Assembly (NCBI GenBank): GCA_951406725.2
Contig: OX597821.1
Location: forward strand, 10,230,001 to 10,294,000
Direction of reading: 5' to 3'
DNA length: 64,000 bases
DNA from: Octopus vulgaris
Taxonomy: Eukaryota
Shown: piece after piece, positions 52,501 through 64,000 of the stretch
Position numbering within the stretch: the stretch's first letter is position 1
How the letters are laid out: the number at the start of each line of letters is the position of its first letter
Position numbers and translations under genes: made by a program
The notes under the pieces: model-generated
What the model was told of the DNA's origin: nothing
The model's database searches: none
What the model saw: the letters and a program-made list of their open reading frames with translations, nothing else

Positions 52501-53129
52501 GAGTTCTCTGTAATGAATAATAAAATTGAATATAGAATGTAAACTTGCAGTGAACACAGCAAAATTTCATCGTATTTACCAGTGAATTGTTTAGTATGGT
52601 TATGTTTGCGCGCAGCTCAAGTTCTCAGTTGGTTTCAGCCTATCGATACAATTTGTTTAAGATATATCTACGGTTTTAATAAGCAGCATCAAATGTAGTT
52701 GGTTACAATCATATTTGATTTGCATGTTTACAAATAACTATTCTGTGTTTCGTTGTCAGAATTGATTCCATAGGTATCTTGCGAATTACCACTGCAGTGC
52801 TTGGGATACGGAAGACCCATTAGTATATTGTTCAATTCACTTGTGCACTAGAATGAGGAAGATTTGGTATATTAGAAGTTTGAAATATTTTTGTATACAT
52901 TTGGAACAATTAGTAAAAAAATATTACATTCGCTTACACATCCAAGCTCTAAAGAATTATAAATATCCTGCTGTTTCTATAGAAAAGCTATCAGCTTTAC
53001 GAAATTTTACATGCTATTCACAAAAACATACAGAAAATGTAACTATTTTCGAAGAAGAGTGTAGTTTGGATGACAAAACATAAAGCAATATTTTTTCCAG
53101 GTCCCCAGATTAGATAACTTAAGATATTC

Positions 53130-53800
53130 ATTTTATAGAACAAATGCTTGTGGATAGACTTGGACGGTATTAAATATATAAATAAATAGAATCAATTTTG
53201 AAAGAATTAGAAAATCCCACCTTTTTTGTTAATTATTAAACGACATGTTCTTCGCTATTAGAAAGACTGGTTGTTGCATGAGTTTTATCGCCCATTATAT
53301 CCCCAGTCACATAGCTTTCAACAAAACCGTTGTTATTTAAGGGAAATGCTGAAAGTTTACATAAGATCATATATTGTAAAGAGGAAGGAATATGAGATAC
53401 AGGCATGATACTCCTGGAACTTTCAGAGTACATATACTATAGATGTCTATAATAGAAGTTCGTGTGTTGAAACCTTGATAATTTTATGTTTTAAGTATAT
53501 TTTCGAATGGCATATCCTACAAAATTTCAGAAGTTTTCTTAATAAAACTTACATTACGAAATATCTTCATTTCTTTCCTATTGTCATCCTTTGGGCGTCA
53601 AAACAACAGATGATTAATTCATTCTATTTCATAGTACAGAGTTGCTGCTACTTATAAATTTGGAAACTCAAATATACTACAGAATATACTAGGCACTCAG
53701 ATAGCAGAAAATAAGGTGTATTTGTGTTCCGGAATGCCAATACACTACTGAATATATTGCCATATAAGGTCGATGAGATGGGTGCTCCTCTAAAGCTAGA
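53130..53800 (+). pseudogene. Possible ancient CR1/L2-type RT relic
   Basis: Ordered eroded motifs 'ACG..LDGI', 'SILKEL', 'YRPL', 'TGMILLEL' (cf. GMILLDLQKAFD), 'QNILG'. Confidence 0.3.
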
Positions 53801-55459
53801 GATGATATAGAAAACGTGATAATATATTTTGTGTTGGGAAACTAATCGTACGAAAACATTGGGCTTCGCCTTCAAAGCAGAATCTCTTTGTAGCAACATT
53901 AATACATATAATGATCAAATAAAAAGAATACTGAAAAGAATTTACTGAAATAAAGTAATTTGGTACTATCCGTTTTAGAATAAACACTTTATGAGTTCTT
54001 TGCTTATTTTAATTATATAATTTCCTTTGAAGCGTGAAAAAAATTGTAAAATGACCCTTCTGCTTTCAATTACCCTAACCGAATGTTCTGTAAGACCCAA
54101 CTGACACATTTTGTTTTCTGTTCTGCATCTCGAGCTCCGTGTCTTCCTCATTTCACAGTTTACAACTAATTTTAGATGATTCACTTGATACCTAAATAAT
54201 AAATAATGAACATAACAGACCTTCAAATCACGAAGGGCATCGCGAAATCTGCATTTTGCCATTGGATTCGATTTTCTTTCTAAGAAATTAATTCAAAGAT
54301 CCAGGAAAGAGAAATTAAGTTAAACATTGATTATGCACACGTTTTCTATCATATTTTTGAAAGCAATTTTGACCAAATCTTACTAATCTTACGTATTCAT
54401 GAACTGGCTCCATGGTAATACTTTTTGAATCCCATAGAGTCAAGGTTAGGAAACTTTTAGCATAGTATCGTTTAGATTGCCAACGCATATCATAGCAAAA
54501 AAATAATAATGAAAGGACCACAGAGTGACGATGGGAAGGTCAGAGTGGTAATGATACTTTTGTCTAAGGAAACCTTATTACAACTTTCACTTCCTCTAAT
54601 TTTATTTCGTGACTACCATCGTAAAAAATACCAGAAATTATACATTTCTAGCAGCACAAATGTGAAATGGAATATTTTTTGGAATGTGGTAAAACGTCTT
54701 TGTAATTTTTCCAGTGCCCAATTTGAATTTTCATTTTCATAACCAACTATAATTTGTGTATTGTCATAGCATCGTTAACAACAGCTTTCTTACGCAAGAA
54801 ATATTTTACAATTTGCTCCATAATCACTATCATCTTAATTCCAACGTAGTTGCTGGCCGGCCAATTGTACCATACAATTTAACGTCAACTGTCTCGTGCT
54901 TGATATAAACAACGGGCTGGTTCCGTTGCTTATAACTGAGCCAATAGTTTCTCACTGAGTTGGTTCAAATATTCTCTAGAATACTGTAGATACCACACAA
55001 CTCATTAATTCACGCAATGCAAACAATGTATTCCTACCCATATACAAATCTGTAAACATGTTTCTATTGTCTATATCTGATGTCCAGTTTACGCCATTTC
55101 CTAAATTTTTAAAGCATGAGATGATGTCTGCGCAAGCGGTTTAAGATTCTTCTTTTTCACTGGTCTTCAGCAACATATGCTTTTAGTTACTCTAGCTTAA
55201 ATTACGCTTGTCAACACATGTCTTCCAGCACAAGATGAATGAATGGCTTTTAGCTACTTCTGGGTTGCTCAATTCAAATCTGGCATCCAAATTTGTCTAC
55301 CATAGATTTTTGAGATAGAATATCTTAGTTTATTAGAAACAGCTAGTTAATGATCATAAAGGAATAATTTAACATACGTAAAGGCAATTTTTAATAGACA
55401 ATATATCTTGCGTTTAATGTAATAAATCAAAAGAGAAAGTTAAAGGGAGTAAATACACA

Positions 55460-57157
55460 TTACGATGTAAGTTCCATTGGGCCTTGGTAGCGTTCTTCAA
55501 TCACTTTTACATCTTGATGAAACCGTACGATTTGTTCTTCACTAACATCACCCTAGTCTTCTGGAAATTCACTAAAGTTACTGTGTAAGTAGTGCAATTT
55601 AACGCTCATTCTTCACCCAAGTGCTTGCAAACCCAACAGCAGCTCTTCCATAAAATCTTGAGAGTTGTCACCTTTCCTGTTCACAAGGAAAGTCTGCACC
55701 ACTTTAAGGAAGTTCTTCCCAGCTCTAGTGTCAGCTGCACTCATTTCTGTAAGAAAATATGGTCTCATGAAGAATGTTCTTTGAGATTGCTAAAATATTC
55801 CTGCCTTCCCTTTCTCGTCACTGAAACTTGGAAAGGCTATAGATATATAGCTGAGATAGTCTCCACTTTCACAAAGAACTTCGAAGAATTGCTTCATCAC
55901 ACCAAACTTTATGTACAATGGGGGAAAGACAATGCTTTTCCTATCAACCAGAGTGTCGTTAATGATGTTCTTTTCATCCGCCCTTAAACTCTTTTTTTTT
56001 TGGCTGTTATTCTTTTTTTAGCTAGTGATGCTTTGTAGCCCCACTGTCCCAGTAGCACAGGAAACAAGCATTCTTAGTGCAACCTCCTTGCTGGCGCAGC
56101 TGGAAGTTTAACATTTTCACATCGACAGAAATTACCCACCGATAAACACGATGTTGCAACCGCTCCAGGATAATCTTGATGTTAGCATATTCCTCTTTCG
56201 TACCCGTTGTGAAATAAAACAAGTTTTAAGCTGCATTTAGTTCCCGCTCACGAGTCCCATATTGAAAGGAGCACTTGAAAATCATTACAAAAACAAGCTG
56301 ATCCTCTGAATAGAAGTACTTCCGCAGTTCTGCTTCTATGTTACATAAGAGGTGGGCACAAATGCCAGATTTCAGCTGTCTTTTGTATTGCAGCCTAGAA
56401 GCCGACAATTCAGCGGACTGCTTTGTTTAATACGAATCCGTGAGCAGATCTTTCAATTTAGACTGACTAAAGAGAGAAAAATTATCAGTCTGTATCAGAT
56501 GGCATAACATCATAACCTGTTCATTTTCATCAGTAGTTGGCGAAATCAGATCTTCATCAACAATCTGTGGCAGTTCAATATACAGCTATAGGTATTTCTT
56601 CGGAGTGTGCAACCGGTAGACGGACAGGCAGGATATCTGGATATTGCAAGTGTCGTTTCGTTTTTTCTTTGACGAGGGAAAAGTACCAGTCATCCACATG
56701 GTTTGCTGGTTCTCTCCAAACTATTAGCACAACAAACCTTGAGACCATGATCACAATGTTTACACCCATGCTTTGCAAACTTTGTGGAGAGCCCAGTTTT
56801 GTTCTGGTTTCGAAGTGCTACTTTAAAGTAAGCCAGATACACCTTCTTGACGAAGTTATTTATGTTCCTCCTCTGAGCCTGTGGAGTGAAGTTTACACAA
56901 ATGTAAAAGCAAAACTCAGCTTGAATATATTATTCGAAATTAGCATGACAATCCAGCAAAAAATTCCCATGAATAATGATATGAAGTTAACCTTTTTTGG
57001 TATGCTCCAGATAACCAAAAATATATACTGGTGGCCAAATAACGTTATGTCAGTTTTGGAATCTGAAGTTACTTCTGAAATCAGTAGCGAAAAATTAATC
57101 TAAAACAGCTCTAAGAATTTATGCGAGAGAATAATAGTTTTAGTTTGTTGACCAGTG
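55460..57157 (-). mobile_element. Decayed DNA transposon, DDE transposase of a widespread invertebrate family (TcMar-m44-like, by inference)
   Basis: 'FCFYICV', 'IVWREPANHVDDWYF..QYPDILPVRLPVAHSEEIP', 'WVISVDVKMLNFQLRQQGGCTKNACFLCYWDS', 'FPHCT*SLV / MKQFFEV', 'GDVSEEQIVRFHQDVKVIEERYQG'. Terminus CACTGGTCAACAAAC at 57157. Confidence 0.85.
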
Positions 57158-59606
57158 TTCTCACTCTGCCTTTTTCATAGTTATTTGATGCTTCTCTATA
57201 ACTCGGACGCTTTTGCAATTTCTGGAATGATAAATCGTTCTATGACACGCATATCCATCCTACATAACCCATAATTGAAGATATTGTGCTCGATAATTCA
57301 AATATTTCGAAGATTGTCAGTTAACGCTGACATATGTACGAAACTTATTCCACCGAATTGGAAGCAGCATATGTTGTCCTGTATATCAACAGAATTTTAT
57401 ACACACCTCCCTAGATGATTTATTGATAGAAGCACGTCTGTCAACCTTAATCTCATTCCTCCCTCCAAGAGAAAAAGATGCTAGAAAATGCATTAAGGTT
57501 TCTCTATATATCTCACCTAGAATCTGACTTATGTCTAGTATATCCAGTCTATTCAGAACTTCGATTTATTAACTTACAGGAAATCCGTTAATTCTCTGTT
57601 AACTACGTCTTGTATCAAATACCTGTCATACCTGACTAATGAAGTATATAAACATGTAGGGCTGAGATGATCATAAAAAGTAGGGTGTTATTCATACTTA
57701 TGTAACAAATACTTACAACTTTATGGCCCTCGATTAGATTCTTCATAGCCTCGCTGCACAAATTCAGACAAAAGATGTGGACTATAAGACGTAGAGGAAT
57801 GAAAGAGTACCCAATATGTACGGCTTTCATGTAGCACTATAAACTTGCGAGGATATCATAATATATGTGATGCGTGGTATATACCTTGCTTTGTACCACA
57901 CCCTCATATCATTTGCAGCTGATCCACTTCGCCACTCTAGGGTAAAATTTCCACTAACAAATTCGTGTGGTCCTAAAACATTCTTCAACCTTTCAAGGCA
58001 ATTTCATTTGCGAGCAGACTTCCTCCAATTAATCTCCGTCTTTCATTCACGTAATACATTCATGAACACCACACGATTGCAAACACTCACTAAATATTCT
58101 CTAACGTAGTCCCCCTTTTATTCTAGTTGGTTTACAGTCATGTTGGTATACACACCGCGTGTAACACTCATCTTACTAGCTTCAAATCAACGTTGTTAGT
58201 GAATCTGAAAATTATCTTTGATTTGTCCTAACGCACAAACACTTAATCCTTTATTTCTCTCTAATCCTGTGTCTCTTTTTTTTTTTCGGATATGGTCCAA
58301 TACTTATGTACGCTAAAAAGTATATCTTATTTCCATGAAAGTCGACACCTCTCCAAAATTTCATATACATTGGCTATAGGAAGGTACTACTATATTCTGA
58401 GCACACTTGAATTTCTTACGCAAATTACTGATATTTCAGGGAAGCCCGATCTGTACTAGTTCATCTAGCATACGACACTAATTAGTGAACGTTTGTCGTG
58501 GAGATAGGAGATATTTAGGTAAGTAGTATTGCTACTCATTACGGAATCAAAGATTTCTCCGTGTTTACCACACATATCTGATACGTGATGGCGGGAACCA
58601 TCTGTCGCTATTCTGGGATGGTATGTGTCACTTGCTTAATCAAATCCAAAATGAACAAGCCTCTCACGTTTTCTGCCAAATATCAATGACCATTTTCCTT
58701 CTATCTGTAATAAATCCCACAAGTAAGTAAATGATACCTCACATCATCTCTCTCTGATGTTCCTCACTTTAATATCAATTCATTATCAGCGTATATAATG
58801 CGCATCATATTTTGAAGACAGCTTCTAATATTTGTGTTGTGTACCATTGAATAACAGCTCAACAAAATAAAACAAAAAAATATTCACTGTAAGGATCAAG
58901 CAAACGCTATAACGATACTGTACATCACACATAATATGCACTATCGTACATTACCAATCATCTAACATGCAAATAGATATATCATTATTACTATCAATTC
59001 CACCATCATTGAGCATCACAGTTAGAGAACATACATTCTTAATATACGCCATATTGACAAAGCTTTATATTCGTGGACACGAAATGCGTTAACGATAATT
59101 AATAAAATACGCAGAAGGCTATGCTGCGTTCAACTATTTCTATGAATTTGAATCTAAAATTCTACTGCTATGACAAAGCTGATTCTAAACAGAGGCACGT
59201 TTGATCATTGGCTACTCTTCACATAAAAACAGCTACCCATGGTTTGTATAAGATACATGTTCCCTTTTTAAGCGGTATTCTTTAAAACTACAAGATTTAC
59301 GTATCACCATGATTATGTGACCTCGTAACACTATTTTCCCCCGGCATACTCAATTCACACATCTCTTTCCTTCATTAGCGATAGTAGATTTAACAGATAA
59401 AATCTACATTAAACAAATACCCAGATCATCCTTCAGAAAACGGCGGTCAGCAAGAATTTCAGTTTGCCTATATTATTCCTAATATTTGTAAACAGTTTCA
59501 AAGGAATATTACATTAGTGCATGTTGCATTAAGCACAATGACGTTGGCTCTAAATGAAATCGATAAAAGAGAAACATTTCTATTTCAATTGTATAAATAA
59601 CACAAA

Positions 59607-59817
59607 GTGGCGAGGTGGCAGAAACGTTAGCACGACGGGCGAAAAGCTTAGTGGCATTTCGTCTGTCTTTACCTTCTGAGTTCAAATTCTGCCGAGGTCG
59701 ACTTTACCTTTCAGTGTCGATAAATAAAGTACCAGTTACGTACTGAGATCGATCTAATCGACTGGACCCCACCCATCAAAAATTGCGGGCTTTGTGCCTA
59801 GAGTAGAAAAGTGTTGC
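59607..59817 (+). mobile_element. SINE family A with 14-bp TSD
   Basis: ATAAATAACACAAA at 59593-59606 and 59818-59831. Confidence 0.9.
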
Positions 59818-61189
59818 ATAAATAACACAAATGAATATTTTAGATTAATACTTTGCCATTTAAAATTTAAAAAAAATATCTAATGAATTGTTCATAAAAC
59901 TTGCCAGGATGCACCATATTCCGGGTCTAATAAATCATGTGATCATAATAATTGTCCTTTTAGAAAACTAGATTATTCTATGGTTTCTTTTTCCCAGGCG
60001 AATTAAGCGTCTTGAATCACAACTTTGCCAACAATTTAAGTAACCTTCAAATTCATCTAACACATTATATAGCACAAATTTTACACTCACTAAAAATATT
60101 ATGCTGTAGAGAATAATATAATTTGAATTGGAATTTGTTGTTAATGATTCCAGTATTTTGTAATATATTAAGTGAAGACGAATTCATGAAATGTTACATT
60201 TTTATGGGTACTAAGCATTACTACTGTTTCACAATGAACAAATACATTTAGAAGTTTCAATGACAACTGCTTGACATTACGTGACAATAGTAAACAAAAT
60301 CGTCTTTCATCCTTCGAGAATAAACAAACCATGACGCCGAGCGTTTTCTCCCTGTCTGTTTCGTAACATTCTTTCATTCTATTTTTCATTCATAGAATAG
60401 CTTTGTGTGGCAGCAAATCCACCTTTACTATTTTCAAAATACTTCGAAAATGAAGTGAATTTAGCGATAAATTATATTTTTGTATTATATAAGTCTTACA
60501 GAAATTTATATCGTGATACTGTATTGCGACTGGTTTAGGCCGTGCTGTCATTTCCTGATTATCGATATCAAAAGCTTTAGCAGTTTCAGATTCTTTGACA
60601 TGAGCACCAATATACTGAAAGGCATTTAATTATCCTTATACATGTTCGAACTGGACTAAGATCATTTCTGATGGAGTTACTACTGTTTGAAGACAAGGTT
60701 GGTTAAGAAAAGGTATAAAACCACTTAGTTGTTCTATTCTTCATTTCTTTCTGCCTTCTGGCTAATTCACCTTAATTTTCTGTAAAGGACATGCACGCTA
60801 TAGAGTTAAAGTTTCTAAAACGACAAATAAACACGCGAAACAAACCTAAACACACGCACATCAACGACAAAGAAACACTCATACACAGTGAGGCCAGCAC
60901 ACATTCGTATGTGCGTGCATGTCAGTATATATATTACTAGATATTGCTTATTTCAGTCATTCGATTTCAGCCATGTTAGGACATCATTTTTAAATATTTA
61001 GTGGAAATAAATCGACTCCAGTGGTTATATATAAACGTGCGCGCCTGTGTATGTGTGTATAAATATTAACACTTAGTTAACTCAACACGGTGTGTGTGTG
61101 TGGGGGGGTTCTATATTTGTATATGCGTTTTATGCAAGATACTAGCTTGTGTAGATTGCTACAAAATGAATGAGTTGATAATCGGGTAC

Positions 61190-61191
<2 letters not shown>

Positions 61192-61265
<74 letters not shown>

Positions 61266-61272
61266 TGTGTGT
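61192..61272. repeat. (TA)n/(TG)n microsatellite
   Basis: Directly visible. Confidence 0.95.
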
Positions 61273-64000
61273 GGGTAATAAAAGAAGGAAAATGCACACA
61301 GTTTGCATAATTTTTATATATTTTAAACGAAAGAGTACTGTGTTTGTCGAACGGTTTCGCTTTCGCTAATCATGACATTGAAATTGTGATTTCGTATTTT
61401 CTTAAGAAGATTTTAGTCCATCTTCCTCAAAGTCCATGAAAGTGTGAATCAAGAGATAGAAATATCTAAGATGAGGTAATTGGTGATAGTTATTACTCGG
61501 GACAGGGGATGTAATTGCTCATTTTGGGCGTGGAATAAATAAACGTACAAAATTTCATGAGCTAATGTTGTGAGAGGAAATATGTAGATTGATGGATATG
61601 TGACCATGATTTAAAATATATACTGAGTCCAAAATTGGTTATGTGTTCATATTTAGGCGTGTGCTGTATTTTTCGATAAATTAATTGTCTTTATTTAAAC
61701 GTTCTTGTACGGAAATAGTTTCTTGCACTGATAGATGGGACAAACTGAATTTTTTTGGAATTACCTTACACATCTCTGTATGTGTTCACTGAAGGTATCT
61801 GTCTATACCTTGGGAAACGGATCTGTTCGTTATGTAGTGTGGTTCTCAGTCTAAATAACATAGTTTTCTGTCCTATATAGTTGTATCGACAAGTTGAACA
61901 ATCTATAACATAAATTCTCTTATGCACAAATTAGTCTTAATCGTGATCCTCTCTCCTTGTTTGAATTGGAATTTCTAGCCTTCCAGTATGTTGGAGCAAG
62001 TTCTATAGCTTGCACGTCCGCATATTTTAACCATTGGTTTCGTGGTCCTTGTGTATATCTTTGCATTTATTAGTATCTTTTCATCGATTTGGGTTGCTTT
62101 TTACATTTGATAAATTTCTTTTCAGAATGTTCATTCTTGGATCCCTAGTGAGCATTGGTAGATTTTGTACAGTAGTGTTACATGCCTCATTGTTTCTAAG
62201 GTTCTGAGTTGATATATACGGTAGTATTTTTGGATAAGCTCTGGCGTTTCGCTTCGTATCCTTTAAAGTTTTAATGGTTATTTTCTTGGCACTTTTAGTT
62301 CCATCATCTATAAGTTTGAGGGGATAGTGCCTCTCAGTTAGTGCTGTTCTGAGTCCTTTAATACGGCGGTCCCGGGTATTTCCATGAGTGACTATTGTGC
62401 AAATCCTTTCGCTAAATTAAAGGGAATATTTCTTTTGATGTGTTTTGGGTGGCATGAGCTAAACAGACATATTGCTCGGTGTCTGTTGTTTTATGATAAA
62501 TGTCGGTTACAATTTTTTGTTGACGATTTCATCAGAATATTTAAGAAAGGGAAATGGTTGCTGCTATATTCCATTGTAAACTGAATGTTGGCGTTTTTAT
62601 TATCAAGTATCGATTTAAATTCCAAAAGTTTATCAACTGTTTCGTTCGAAATGATAAAACCATCATCCAGATATTTTCTATTTCTCTCTTGTTTAATGGT
62701 GAAATGGATATCCATAGTTTTGCAGTCATACTTCATATATTGTGAATTAAATATACACAATATTATGTTCGCAATAACAGGAGCTGCTTTTGCTCCAATC
62801 GCATTTCCATATTTTTGTCGATGGTAGGTGTCATCAAATAGGAAATAATTTATCTGAAGTATACATTTTACTGTTTCAATAATAAAAAACAGGTTTTATG
62901 CGTTAACCAAAGTCTTCAGCGTTCTTTTCCAGCCAGAATTTTATTGCTTCTATTCCATAGTCATGTGTGATATTGATGCAAAGATTAACAGCATCGAAGG
63001 AAACAAATATCTCTTAATTTGTTTAGCATATCTATGCCGTCTCTAATTTGTTATGTATTTCAGTAAGGATTTCAGTAGGATCTCCATAAAATTACTTAGG
63101 GGGATGGATTTCACAGGCTAGTCCAGCTATAATTGATCTTCACTTTAACTCTTCTGGCGCTAGGATATTTATGTATTTGCCTGGTGATTTCTTGCAGATT
63201 TCATGAAATATCTTGCTGTTGTGTATATTAGGTAGGGCGTAGCAAAACGTAGGTTTACATTCAAATTTCGTGATGTCTGTTTCTTTTTTTGTCAGGCCTT
63301 TTACATGCAGATTAATTTTTGGATACGAGATTTTTCATTGCTTTTTGTTGTTTATGATTTCCAGCTTTTTCGTGGAAGGCATCGCTTTCTAGCATGCATA
63401 GCAATTGGTTTTCGCACTATTCTGTGTCTTTCAGGATTACAGTACTTCCGTTGTCTGCTTCTTTGATAGTTCTTTGTCGTTTAGTAACTCAATGAAATGT
63501 TTCCATTGTAAATTGAATTGCTTTTTCGTTTATGGACAGTATTTGGGAAATTTTGGATTTGGTCACAGAGCACAGAGAAGTCATCTGGTGTTTAATCCCA
63601 CACTTAAGTGGAAGATAATTTCTTCCGTTTTTAACCAGTGATTCATCCTTGTTTTCGCAGTACGTTAGTGTTTCTGTGAATAGTAGCTTTCAGCAGAAAT
63701 CCGAAATATTCATTTGTACTCTAGGTACAAGGCACGGAATTTTTTTCTGGGGCGCCAGTCGATTAGGTCGACCACTGTACGCAACTGGTACTTAATTTAT
63801 CGACCCCGAAAGGATGAAGGACAATGTTGACCTGAGCGGAATTTGAACTCAGAACAACATAAAGACAGACAAAATACCGCTAAGCATATTGCCTGACTTG
63901 CTAAGGTTTTTGCCAGCTCGCCGCCTTCAGAATTCCGAAATATTGCCTTTAATTTCATTCGGGTTATATTATCGTGGAGTTAGGGTAAATGTTAATCTTT
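61273..64000 (-). mobile_element. Second Neptune-like Penelope element, degraded; probably continues past the window end
   Basis: 'YALPNIHNSK..RSIIAG', 'SFDAVNL..ITHDYG', 'KAAPVIANIM', 'KYLDDGFII..IQFTME..PFLNIL', GIY-YIG 'IDCSTCRYNYIGQ..RLRTTLH'. Confidence 0.88.
63711..63927 (-). mobile_element. SINE family A with ~17-bp TSD
   Basis: CAGAAWTCCGAAATATT at 63694-63710 and 63928-63944. Confidence 0.9.

Noticed and set aside
55592-57103. Plus-strand ORFs of 131 and 188 aa
   Set aside because: Antisense shadows of the minus-strand transposase.
58400-59450. Faint 'IIYADN' (minus, RT-like) and 'IDKALYSW..KQRH' (plus, pogo/Tigger-like) motifs
   Set aside because: Too few residues to support a call without a profile search.
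61335-61415. HHR-like relic on minus (UUGAGGA..GCGAAACCGUUC) at the PLE 3' end
   Set aside because: The core is mutated and the stems do not pair. The position is suggestive but the call is unsupported.

Overview
AT-rich, microsatellite-dense eukaryotic DNA. The SINE heads and the repeat spectrum point to an octopus/coleoid cephalopod genome (inference). No intact host gene, rRNA, tRNA or CRISPR array is supportable. The window is a mosaic of decayed mobile elements: a Ty3/Gypsy remnant with its 3' LTR, several R4/Dong-like LINE fragments sitting in (TAA)n tracts, a Tx1/L1-like LINE, three Penelope-like elements (one Naiad-like, two Neptune-like), mariner and TcMar-m44-like transposase relics, a MITE with a 6-bp TSD, and many tRNA-derived SINEs of three families. 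The main signal is a set of hammerhead ribozyme (HHR) motifs tied to Penelope-type termini. One is an apparently intact type I HHR with a very long stem II (29324-29412, minus). Another is a 270-bp foldback carrying two back-to-back HHR relics (666-935). A second copy of that foldback (12252-12449) has both arms ending at the predicted self-cleavage site. All alignments and folds were done by eye.
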